From contig KZ538501.1 of the NCBI GenBank assembly GCA_000934665.2, positions 1-64,000 on the forward strand: 64,000 nucleotides of DNA, given 5' to 3'. The stretch is from Catajapyx aquilonaris (Eukaryota). The notes below the pieces were generated by a model. That model was given only the letters and a program-made list of their open reading frames with translations. It did not search any database and had not been told where the DNA came from. Shown in pieces: positions 12,364 to 24,784 of this stretch; positions within the stretch are counted from its first letter, which is position 1; each line of letters starts with the position of its first letter. Both the position numbers and the translations under genes were made by a program.

Positions 12364-15300
12364 CATTGTCCTACAGTAATGGCAGCACAGCATAATCTGA
12401 AACCTGAATACAAATCAGAGACATATCCTCTTACTTATAGCCATCTCTAATGCGCAGTACGACTATTGACTTTGACTATAGTAGCCCAGATTTCCTCCTC
12501 TTGTTATATGGTCTCAAGAAATCTCATTTCAAAGCTGCCTCTTTGGCTCATTAGATGCACCTTATACCTGAAGAATTAAATGGTAGTGCCAGTTCAAACA
12601 ATACAAAAAATGAAGACAGCCGCTTTTCAAAGGGGCCAATAAGGTCTGTGCTACGGCAAACTGATGGTAAGAGCAATCTCGCATTTGGTATGTGCTGAGG
12701 CTTTGAACTGTTGTGAAGTGTAGGCCAGGTGTAGGCCCATCATGCAAAATTGCCAGCTTATTTGAAACTGTTAACGCAATGACTGTCGTAAAAGGGTTGC
12801 GACATGGGAATTAAAGTGGGATAGTTCTAGGTAGAAAACTATGTGCAGGTGAAGTATTTATTGTTTGAAGGATTTACTTATTTATTGACGTTTTGTTACT
12901 TTCCCTAATCCTTGCTTCCTGTCTCAATCCCTGTCAATAGGGGAAAGGGTGAGAAGCTGTCAGCTCTTGTTGGCTGCATTGCTGCTGGGCTAACAGAGTT
13001 GGAAGAATCGCAGCTGCTTCACCATGCAAAGAATGACTTTTCTGTGATATACTCGTACTCATGGCAGGGGAGGAGATCACCTGTTCTACGGACAGGATTA
13101 CTTCGGGGATGGAAACTGCGCGCTGCTGTGAATGCGAGACCTAGCTAAGAGCATATGGGGAATTTATCCATTGGTGTATTACTTTCACAACCATGTAATG
13201 AATATGTTTTAATGTGTCAATGCACAGAACTAATAATGAAGTGCAACAGAAAATGTATTGACATTTTCTCTTCGAGGTAAATGTTGGTTCCGAAGGTTCC
13301 GTGATTCCACATGTTAATAAAAGATGCCTCTTTTAGCAGCTAAAAGTACAATTTTGTATCAACTAAAGGGGATATTCCAAACCTCCGAATGTTCAGGAAA
13401 AATTATTTGCTATAGCATTCAAGAAAAGGTAGGCTGCACCTTCATGTAATATTGCTTATCAAGTTGGTCTTCAAATGCAACAATTTTGAATTTGGTTTCG
13501 TTGCAAAAAATAATCATCTTTTTAAATCACTATACTCAGAGGACATTTAAAAACAGTTTCATTTCCATGAAATATGAAGAACGTTCAATAAAAATAATTC
13601 TGTGACACTGCAAAATCAATCCTGGAAGACATCCTTTTTTATATTGCCCAGTTTTATCAAATAATGTGCAAACTGAAACGTAACTAGTCCAATAAATTCT
13701 AAGTGAAACCTCATGACTACCATTATCGAATGGGGGTACAATGGGCCAGCTCGTCGGAACTCGTCAGTTGCCAGTTTTATGACTCGAGAAATTAGGGATA
13801 TTTTACCATTATTGCAAATGCTGCAATGAAAAAATCCACACATTCCAAGTCAGCCATTTTAAAGATTAAAAATTCGCATATTAGCTCAAACCCTGACTTT
13901 CACCACGGCAATTGGAGTTGCAATATTTCGCTTCACTGGAAAAACTGGCATGAAAATTGATCGTGGAAGGGGTCAGAGGGTTGTGTCCGTCAGGTACTCA
14001 CCAGAGTATGTAATGGGGGTCAAGTGCTTCATGTTGACAAACACAGCTAGAGGACCATTTTGACAGTCGGCATCGATGGAGAGGTCTGCAGTACTCGATC
14101 CCAAAGTCTGTGGTGTCTCAGTGGTGTCTCACCTGAAAATAATACTCTGTATAATAGCTGCTGCAGTCCTCGAGTACAGTGCAATGCATGCAGGGCTGCA
14201 GGCTATCAGAAGACATTACCTACATATTGAATGAAGGTTGCTTTCGTCACACAAAAAGTCATTACGCTGCATATATGTCACTTCCGGACGTATTTTAACC
14301 CTGTCTAATAACCTGCTGGTCCAATAGTCCTATTGGAAAAATTTTAATCTTAATATTGGTCTGCGCCACCCCACTGCAACTCCGTTTTTTTCCAGAGAGT
14401 GGTGCAGTGCAATGCTGCAAACCACGCTATAAACAGTTAGGCGAAAAGTTTGTTAAATATATCCTAAATCAGAAGACTCTCGACTCCTTGAATTTTTGTC
14501 TGTATATATCAAAGGGCACGCAGCAAATCATACGTACCTAAAACAACCCGGTTCACAACTGTATCAAGATACAATAAATCTTTTTGAACCATTCGCACTG
14601 CTTAATTGTAAAATATTACTTATATTAGACCTCATAAACTAGTATAATTATACCTTTTCTGTGTTTCATCAAATACCTCATTTTTGGGCCCCTCTCAGCC
14701 ATCCCCGTCCTGAGGGTTCATATGCACTGCATTCTAAAAAGTATCCTGAATAACCTCCAGTTGCACCCGTGTTGATTGCATAAGAGCATAAGTTGTTACA
14801 TGTGAAAACGTCAAGTCCTGATGTGTTGGAGAAAGGGTTACATGGTAAATCAACCCACTGATAAATAGGGTGTTCAGATCATATTATAACGTGAACGTCT
14901 GTAACGCGCACAATACGCAGAATACACATCGGCGATAAAAACTTAAGATTCGTCCGATAAATGCTGATTCAATCTTCCAAACAGTCATAATATATTATCT
15001 CTATGTCAGTCATAATATGCGACTCTAATTGTTGTTCATCTTCATATGTATTATTTAAAAATGTAACCAGCACCATTGAAATATTATTGAACAAACGAAG
15101 GCCAATTCAAACGATCCCTTTGAATGTGGAATATGCCGACAAAAAAAAAGAAAAAAAAATCTTATGCATAAGCCTGTATACTCTCTTCAAGGATATTGGA
15201 GAATAGACTACTGGTACACCTGCTGGTGCGCTGCCAGCTGTTTCTTTTCCACATCCTATAGCAGGCAAGTTACTGCGTACGTTGCCCATATTTCTCAATG

Positions 15301-15668
15301 CCGAGAAAATTCGCAGTGTCAAGGTTGTGGGGGTCATCAATGCTCTACACTTGGCCATATGATCAGCTCAAGTATGACGACAAGAAAAATCTTACAATGC
15401 ATAACCCTATATAGTACTGTATTATTAATATCATATGTCATTACCTCTCCAGCATTTGTGTGGATACATAATTCGAAGGATAGGCAGCAACGAACAAGAG
15501 CCGTGTCTTTGTTCCATTTGATGTGACATCTAATGAGGTGGGAACGAACAGAAATCGAGGCGATGAGAGGGGACATTACCCAGTGCCATCTAATGAATTA
15601 AAAATATACATGTGAACGTGTCCCGCCTGGTTGGAGTCACTAAATAATTTGTCTGCATAATATTAGTA

Positions 15669-16470
15669 CAGTCAATAAGTTCCCGTCCCGGCCGCGGGAG
15701 GCCGGCAGGTGACACGGAGACAGGTGCTGCTGTCGTTGGCTGTGAGGTACATTCGCAGTCGCCAACCTGGCCAAGAGTGAACTCGGTGTGCTGCGTAATA
15801 GCTGCGGTACACGGTCGAAAAATGTCGTTCACCATATCAGGCGCGTCCACGGCGGACGAACGGGCAGTAATTCAGTTCCTGTGTGCAGAGGGAGCGGGAC
15901 CGAAGGAGATTCATACACGCATGAGGGCTGTGTATGGAGACACTTGCCTGGCGTACTCGACAGTGAAAGACTGCGTGCGCCATTTCCGCAGTGGTCGACA
16001 AGGCGCTTGTCCATCGACAGGATTGCTGAGCAGCCATGCAAGCGCCGCTCACTTTGAACCAACCCCTCGACGCACACTAGGCTTGCATCGTTGGAGGCGA
16101 TAACAGGTCGGCCTGACCGTGCCATGTCCGACGTGCCTTGTCGACCACTGCGGAAATGGCGCACGCAGTCTTTCACTGTCGAGTACGCCACGCAAGTGTC
16201 TCCATACACAGCCCTCATGCGTGTATGAATCTCCTTCGGTCCCGCTCCCTCTGCACACAGGAACTGAATTACTGCCCGTTCGTCCGCCTTGGACGCGCCT
16301 GATATGGTGAACGACATTTTTCGACCGTGTACCGCAGCTATTACGCAGCACACCGAGTTCACTCTTGGCCAGGTTAGCGACTGCGAATGTACCTCACAGC
16401 CAACGACAGCAGCACCTGTCTCCGTGTCACCTGCCGGCCTCCCGCGGCCGGGACGGGAACTTATTGACTG
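15669..16470. mobile_element. Mariner-derived fold-back element made of two left ends, with 336-bp arms and a TA target duplication
   Basis: Arms 15669-16004 and 16135-16470 are inverted copies with about 3 mismatches, flanked by TA. Each encodes the mariner N-terminal HTH (RAVIQFLCAEGAGPKEIHTRMRAVYGDTC). The - strand arm extends to RSGRP. No DD34D domain is present. Confidence 0.95.
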
Positions 16471-17380
16471 TACCTAATAATTATCTCTAGTCCTTCTGAA
16501 TCTGCCGAGAGAATTGACCCAAATGTCGTGTATGCGGTCACCCTTCATCTTATCGGTGATATGATGGCCGTGTCCCAGCCTGAATCTTTTTAAAATGTGA
16601 AATGTAGCCTACTTCCATCACTCAAAAACGTGGAGAAGATATTGGATTGAAACCCAATGCAATATCGTCTCCATATTTTTGAGCGATATAAGAGTACATC
16701 ATGGTGGAAATCTTATGTTTTCATCCGAACCAGTTTGATTGTTATGGAAGTGTCACACGGGCTGTGTCGGCCAAGTATTCGTACTGTACACTACAAAACT
16801 ATTATTAAACCTAGACAGGGTCAAGTTTAATACCTGTATTAAACTTGACCCTGTTATGAAGGCTCCGAAGTGTGTGTCCTCCTGAAACCATAGACACTGA
16901 TACACAGTATGACAACATGCCGACGGTGCAGGATGAGCATGACGAGGGTCATTGGACGGAGGGGTACGTCGGAGTCAGCACGACTATGCGAATTGTCTAT
17001 CTAATGATGACAACATCCTGCACTCCATCGACGATCACCCATCCAATTTGCATCACAACTGAGCATCAGAAAGATAGTGAATTCAATTCAATCCTTTGTC
17101 ATTCATTTACATTTCGAACAAATGAAAGGAGTTGGGTTTATTCTCAACTTGGAAAGAAAGAGAAGAACAGAAGGATTGGATCAGTACATCTGTTTAGAGC
17201 ATCTTCCGATTCCTTTTGTTCCGTTTGCAGCTGTAATGTTTCACAAACGCTATAAGAAGCTCTCTTCAGTACCTCCACTCACTGCATCTTAGTCTGATCT
17301 GATCTGGAGTGCCTCAACACCTCTCTTGATACTAATAACGTACTACTCTTCGTCCCTCCAGCTGAACCTTCTGATCCACC

Positions 17381-17584
17381 ATGACGAAGAATATCTTTCC
17401 TGGTTTGACCTGGATGACCATCGTGACCGTCGCCTTCTTCTGGATCCTGGGACTGGCCATTGATGCTGGAGTCGATGCTCAAACATTGCCGGAGGGATGC
17501 AATAAAAAATGTAAGTTATATGCCGCCCATATGCACTGCGTAACCTGCCCCCCCCCCCTGCCCCAACCGCCACATTTCCAGTGA
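17381..17584 (+). CDS. Candidate small secreted cysteine-containing, proline-tailed peptide (67 aa), no recognised family
   Basis: Kozak-like ccaccATG. Hydrophobic signal-like stretch ending VDA|Q. Four Cys and a Pro-rich tail. TATAAG at 17251 and AATAAA at 17645-17650. Confidence 0.6.
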   Translation: MTKNIFPGLTWMTIVTVAFFWILGLAIDAGVDAQTLPEGCNKKCKLYAAHMHCVTCPPPLPQPPHFQ

Positions 17585-17844
17585 CATTATACGTAATTTT
17601 CGAGTGTGGAGTATGGACTCAGCTGAGAGCTGAAGGCATGAAGTAATAAAAGCTGGTCTGTCGGTTCATAAACGATATTAGTCTAGATATCAGGATTTAT
17701 AATCTTACTTCTGCAGTGCTAGTGAGAGTATTTGAAGGAATTGTCTCCATCAGTAATGTCCATCTCTTGGGCCAAATGCAATATATTCAAATCTATGATA
17801 GTCTTCCACAATAATTATTGCCCCAGGGGGTGTAAAATAATTAT

Positions 17845-17958
17845 AGGGGCAGAATTTTCTTCCCACTGCTAGTTACTGCTATCTTACTAGTGTCAGTTTT
17901 GGCAAAGGTGTACTGCTAAGTTATCAGTAACTAACAGTGGGACGAAAATTCGACCCTA
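17845..17958. mobile_element. Small MITE-like inverted repeat
   Basis: tataggggcagaattttcttcccactg ... cagtgggacgaaaattcgaccctata. Confidence 0.55.
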
Positions 17959-18461
17959 TAGTTCTTTTTGTTACGTTTTTTAAATATTCACCCTAACTTA
18001 AGAATCTTAATTAAAGCAAGGCCGGGTCGGAAGGACGGGAGAGGTTGGAGGTGTAGGAGGCGGACCACAGATGGCAGGCAAATGACGGTTGCCGTTCCAG
18101 GCGGACAGACAGACAAACAGATCACAAACGGCTTTATTTATATAGATGCTTCCAGTTGGTTAAAGGTCGCAGTTGGTTAAATGTTGGAAACCACTGTTTT
18201 AACAAAACATGAAAGGAAGCAAAAACCTCTAACACTGTGCCATGGTTTAAAATTATACATACAATATTACGTGTTTCTCTCAGGAGCAAATATTCTAGTC
18301 ACACAATCGCTTTACCAACCATAAACAATTCACAAAAACTCTGCCGGCACATGTAAGTCATTTATCAGATAACAAAAAATTAACATTCTTTCAACAGTCA
18401 CCAACTACTTTCAACCCAGGAGACACAAGCTTGGCCATATTTCAGTTGCTGGTAGTCCTTC

Positions 18462-21400
18462 TTACACTCTTTCTCCTTCCCAAGGAAACAAATCAACTCT
18501 GGGGATGGCAAAACTATCACAAGGCACTATTGGGTTGCTGAAAGGAAATATTGTATTTTAGTAATCACTCATAATTTTTTCGTACCGGGAGTTTTAGCTG
18601 CCTCTGCTTATAATACAAAATCTATAATGTATAAAAATGTATAATGCGGCTGAAATTCCCGGCCTTGTAGGCAGTAAATAAGGGTAAGCTATTTTTACTC
18701 ACTAGTATTCATTCGGAAGTCGAAACACCAACGGTTGTATTTCCGGTAAGTTATCAGAATTGTCGCAGTAAATCCTCGCCATGCTAACCTTTCGAATTTC
18801 CTGCAATTGAGCTGTTAAAAATACAACAATAGTTAGTGGTATACTTGGACAACATACAGTATGTTCAAAAATAAACGAAAACAGTTTTCAGAGTCGCTGA
18901 GAAAAATAATGCTTGTAATAAAAGTTTATTTTACCTGGACTGAATGAATGACGTTGGTCGCCGATATCGTAAAAATATCTGTCACCTCGTCGTAAACGTG
19001 CAAATTGATCCCCAACAATGCACACCGTTGTTGGTCCCACCATAGCTCCACTGTGAGGCTTCTCCGTAATCATTCCCGCGAATAAGTCAATGTCATCAAC
19101 ATGACGATACAACAGACGCAACGAAGATATCACCTACTCACACCATGGCAAGATATTATCACTGTAAATTTTTGTTTGTGTATAGCTACAGTACATCAAC
19201 ACCATCTTACTTCTTCTGGTGTAGTTGACTTCAAGTCATCAAAACTTGCAGCCTTTCCGAGTCCACAGAGTTCTCTGTATTGGTTGTATCCAGGAATTCC
19301 GTGATCCCTACCGCGTTGAACATTCAGCGCCATTAGATCCAGGCCAAATGGTCCATTGCCCTTAAACAGCTGGTTTGTGACCTACAAAAAAAAAACCTCT
19401 TAAAATTTAATGCGAACCTAAGTAAAAACCAAGTTCTTACTGATTCGGTGAGGTAACGATCGAACCGTTGTGTGGGTTGTGTGCTCATGCCTCGTACAAG
19501 TTTGTCCACCAAATCCGGACGAGGCAAGAACGGAGCTCGGTTATACGCCTCGTGCAGAACAATAGATTCATCTTCTTCGTACCTCTCGTTAAATAACCTG
19601 AAAAACAATCATGAACGTATATAAAATGGAATTAACCACAGAAACATCACCTCTCTAAACAGAATCTGACCTGAATATACCGCTGATTAAAGTGTGCCCC
19701 AGTCTGAACCCTGCTGCTGCGAACTCGTTGTTAATCCCAGCGTTGATGGTAGGGTCATACTGGGTAAAATATCCTTCGGAAAGGGGAAGAAGGTCGTACA
19801 CGGACATGAATTGCCGTCCTAATACGATAGGCAGCCATTCATTGTAGATGATGTGCTGAAATTCGGCTATGACGATGCGCCTAGCTTCCTGGAAGAGTGT
19901 CTCGTCGTCCCAACGTGGGTTCATAGCCCGTAGTTCGTCGGTGATCCTATTGTGTTCTCGAAGCCATACCACATGCATAGTACCCAGTCCTGGCTGTTCA
20001 TTAATACGGCTGTCGCCTATAATGATGGGGTAGTTAGACAGTGGTGGGTTCGTGTGACCTATAGACTTTGGTCTTGGGAAGGGGCAAAAATGTTCTGACA
20101 AAGCAAACCTAACATGGATAACTTTTACCAAATTTCGGTCCGTTTTGTAACGGATGTCGAGAGGCAGAAACTATAGTGACGTAATTTACACACTAAACTT
20201 TGTTGCTGCTTTTGAGAGTTTTGGATTGTGTTTAAACCAGCACTATTATCAGGGCCTGATACTATCAAGCTGCGATCATGTCAACTTGGTATATGTGCAA
20301 TGCACTTAAATGTCCGAGATCGGGAGGTTGACAGCGGGCCTCAAAAGAATCTGCGGGGAAAATTGCGTGCCAAATTGTTACTTTTGGTGGCATTCTCGAT
20401 TGGCATCCGACTGGGAGCCAGTGACCTGCTAGTGCACCATTGTCACCGTCATTATTTTATGACTTTTTAAATCCCCTTCCCCTATACACCCACGTCTACT
20501 ACTAATAAATAATCTACTAGGTAGTTTCCTTGGATAGTTTCATAAGTATTAATGCTCTTTGCCGTAGCTTTAGTGCAAAAATTTGCTAAGAAATTACGTT
20601 GTGATCTACCAATTTATCTCGGATCACCGGACACCTCTCCTCCCCTAATGTGCATGACGTAATGTGTGGGCATGGTATGTGGGCGATCCCATGTCAACAT
20701 CGCATACCAGGCAGGCAGCTGGCAAAGTGTTTGCGCAAGCTTGTCTAAATTCCAAAGAACAACAATATAATCATGGACTGCACATAATGCGCGTTATTCT
20801 TGGCCCTTGCGACAAACATTCCGATTCATAACGTCCCCTATTATATGTGAGGTTTACGAAACTATATCAAGATTCCAGTCAAAATTTTCTTTTTATAAGG
20901 TAAGTATATTCTGCCTCCAAAATGAAGCCCATAGTGTATACGCTCGTCAGTAACAGCTCTCATTCTATATTACTGTTCCATTACTACAGACATTCCTACT
21001 GACTATTGAAAATATAATAATTAAGTGTTCAAACCTGCTCTAAGACAGAAAATTCCTCTCCTTGGGTTACTGCAGCCTCCAGTGCCTCTCTCGTCTAATG
21101 GGGGCAACATTCGATTTTGTTGGACGTGGAACTGCAGCTTTCCGCTTCGGAAAGTTCTCAGATCTCTTGTCTGGCGCTCATTTGAACCATATATCATAGA
21201 TCCGTCAATGTATTGAGTCAGCTGATCCATCTACGAGATATGCCGGTGTTATGTGTCAGAAACAAAGGGACACTTTTCATAATAATTTAAGAATAAAATG
21301 CACAACCTGTTCCGCATATCCCAGAGTGCAGTCGGTTCTTGGAGCCCACATTGATCTCACAAAGTTCATACATCGTTGGTTGAACCGAGCGTAGAAAGGG

Positions 21401-23420
21401 TCATCATTGGGAATTTCAATAGGAAAGCAGAATCTGTGACTGATGTTCCTCGGACTTATGTTTCCGTTCAGACAGCATTGGATACCAGCATTATCTATTA
21501 GTAAGGATGTTTTACTAGTTAGGATCAAGTTTTGAAATAAAATCAAAATCTTGTATCATATGACATTACAAAATCCTACACAGTATTAATAGTAATCCTA
21601 TGAGACATAATCATTATAATATACCAAACTGAAAGATGGGTGCCATGGTCAAGTCGTGGTCTATAAACTGTCCAAACTGCATGACATTCAGAGTGAATGC
21701 TGGATCTGGCCTATCTCTGTCGCGTGCAATGAAAGCGCTGACCAACCGCGCAGAGGGAAGTGGTTGACCATCTCGAGCTACCCGAGGTGCCGATATTCCT
21801 GAAAGCATTAGCAAATAGTTCAATCATATTGCATTTCGGGTTGAACTCTTTAGCACAGTGTAACAGTCGTTGATTAATAACTTGCCGTCGCTGTAGTCAG
21901 CATGAAGGATTCTTTGCATTGCAGTTTCTGATTTCCCCCAAAGTGGGTTCTGGAAATTGTTGCAAGATCCATCCATTGTTCTATATTTGCCTGGCCTGCA
22001 CCTCGGAGGTCGGGGGCATGTGTCAGCGAGATTGTTACTGGCGCCAACGTTGATTGAATTCAACGACGGGGCATCTTGTGGACCGAGGCCAAACCTATCA
22101 AAATCAGTATTTTGTGATGATAATAATAACACATCTCTCTTACTCTAAAACCTTTTACTCATCATGTTCAACAGGAATTATATAAAATCGATAGAGGGGC
22201 ACGAGCTGCCCAAGTCCCATGTACCTGGTTTGAAGGGTCTGGGTGGCCTCCAGTTGCTTGATAGCCTGCCTAGATATTTCTTTTGCTTCTGGCGTAGTTT
22301 GAAAGAAGAGCAGATGGCCAAACTCGGGAGTATCTTGGCTGACTTGGATGTTACTATTTTGCAGCCTTTCTTCCTCATTATTGATGTTGTTGATGGCCTG
22401 AACACTTTGTATGCCAATTTCATCCAGATCTTGAGAGTCAACTCGAAATCCGAGGAGCGGAGGAATAGCAGGAGCAGAGAATGGCTTTCCTCCAGCGCCA
22501 GGTGCTGGTCCCTGTGATGGAGCTCCTGCTGCAGATACAACAACATAACATTGTAGATCTCTGTCGAGTATGTTAGCAAGTCAAGGCTTTGATTTGTTAT
22601 TGGTTTATTCGATTTTGTTTCTATTTCAAATATTTTATAGTATTCCGTCTTCTTTCAGAGTTTATGTGCATGTTTCAATGGTTACAGTGGTTTCCAATAT
22701 GAAATGTCTGTAGTGGTTAGAAATCTTTGCCACTAGTTTGCTTATTATAATCAGTTATACTTCAAACGACTAGAAAAATCAACTGCTAGTAACTTAGAGC
22801 ATTAGGTTGATTCAAATCCAAATAATGCAGTCATCCAACATAGTTCAGTAAATAATATTTATGATTACTTCGCTCCAAAGTAATTCTTAATAAAAAGCTT
22901 TTAGTGCAAAAAATGTCAACTAAACGTAGGCTATAGCCTACATTTCAATTGCATATGAATGATATGATACCTAGACCCTAAAAGTGACGGGGAGCCCAGG
23001 AGACAGGAATTCATTCAATAAAATAATATAACGTTTTTAACTCATCATCAAACACCCTAAAGTTGGTCCTATAATTTTTAATTTGGACTACGCTAAAACT
23101 GAAAGACAAAACGCACCTCCAACAACAGGAACACTCGGACTGTTGGAATCCTTGCAGCATATTCCCTTGGAGTCTCCCTCCAGCGCACATGTTTGAGCCT
23201 TTCCTTCCACGAGTTCAGAATAAAACACGGAGCATTGGACTATAGGTCGACATTGACCTTGATGACCATCATGGGTTGTGCAAGACGAGCCGCTGCTACT
23301 GCTACTGATGCTGCTACCGTCAGTTTCCTCTCCAGGAAACACTATTTGTCGTTTCTCCAAAGTAGAAGCTCCAAACTGGCTTCCGATCAAAGTGATCAAC
23401 AGTACCAGTAAAAGCCTCAT
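18462..23420 (-). CDS. Secreted heme peroxidase (peroxinectin/chorion peroxidase group) with an N-terminal clip-like Cys domain; exons 23420-23117, ~22526-22224, 22094-21886, 21798-21625, 21494-21307, 21230-21035, 20016-19671, 19597-19441, 19381-19211, 19133-18935, 18811-18703, 18537-18462
   Basis: Signal peptide [13 protein letters not shown]. Motifs [18 protein letters not shown], distal [39 protein letters not shown], proximal FRLGHT, QRGRDHG, DIDLFAG and [14 protein letters not shown]. Exons join in phase. A possible 5' UTR exon ends at the donor near 24707. Confidence 0.95.
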
Positions 23421-24784
23421 TGTCGGTGCTGCCAAAAAATGTTGAGACATTATAATGAACATTATTATTGATTAATGTCCGGTTTGGCATAAAAATAACG
23501 GCTAATAACCCTCATCAACATAGTATTTCCAATTGCAGGAGGCAGTCTTAAAAGGAAAGAACTGCTGACAGGACCTTTACACACGCGGTTATGAAACCAT
23601 TTATGTAATCGATCGTGACTTACCCTTCGCGCCAAGAATGTATGCAGTATAGTATTCCGGGTAATTAGCATTATTTACTCTTGGGTTTGGACCATGGCCA
23701 GTGGTGAGGAGGCTCTCATATGATGCCCCTGATTTGCTTTGTCACTAATTGGCAATACGAAGGTCGCGTCCTACTTGTTAATCCAAGACTACAATCGTAC
23801 GTGAAATTTAACCTTGCAATGAGTAGGAGCTGTCAAGTATAGCATGTTGGAACAAAAATACCGGATGTGGGCAATATTTCTGATAACCCGACGAGAAACT
23901 ATGGCATTGAATTGCTATGTGATAGCGAGAACGCTGTTAGTCCAGCCGGGAATCGAACCCAAGGCCTCTCTATTGATTCGCAGGTTATCCCCCTGAGCCT
24001 ACAATTTCCAAGAAAGTGCCTTTTTTATACGTTATTTTTGTTTGTAGAATATCCCTGCGAAGTAGGCATATAAATCAGTGTGACCTTCAAGGTTGAGGTA
24101 TCAGGTCCCATCTTCCACATACCGGGACTTGAATTTCGCAAGAAGTACCTTTAAAAAATTGAAGTTGCAAACAGACACAACCAGTATTTCCAGTAGAGCC
24201 GCATATTAATATAGCAAGTTTTCTGAATAAATATCTAATACTGATGCTTACGCACATCATGTATTTGACATTATCCTGTTTCTTATAAGTCGAGAAGCAA
24301 AGTTTAATCCACGTACTAAAATTACGATAAAGCCTGAACGTTCACACAGGCTAATTATTCAGTTCCTGATACACAATTTTGTAGGCGTGGCTATGTGGCA
24401 TGAACACACAGATAAGCTTATAAATAAATCACATTATTCATGTTATGCACGCGATTATATTATAGCTGTGCACTCGGGAAAAGTTAACAGGTACCGTGTA
24501 CCGTAACAATTAATTAGCCACCAGATTACAACATTTACCAAACTGTTATAACTTAACGCTGAATCAGACCATAGATAGTGTGCTATTTGTAAAATAAAGC
24601 ACTTCTACTAGGTCTATTTGGAACAAAATCGGATTCTATGGTATCATCCAATAATTCGTAATAATTATTATATTGAAATTAAGTACTAATCAAAAAGACA
24701 TCCTTACCTTTCGCAAGCCGAACGACAGTGAAGTACCTCAGTACCTTGAACCAACAAAGGTGCCTGGTTTGTCAAGTGGCCTCT

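Noticed and set aside
22178..22579. 133-aa minus-strand ORF as a separate gene
   Set aside because: It is an alternative frame overlapping peroxidase exon 2.
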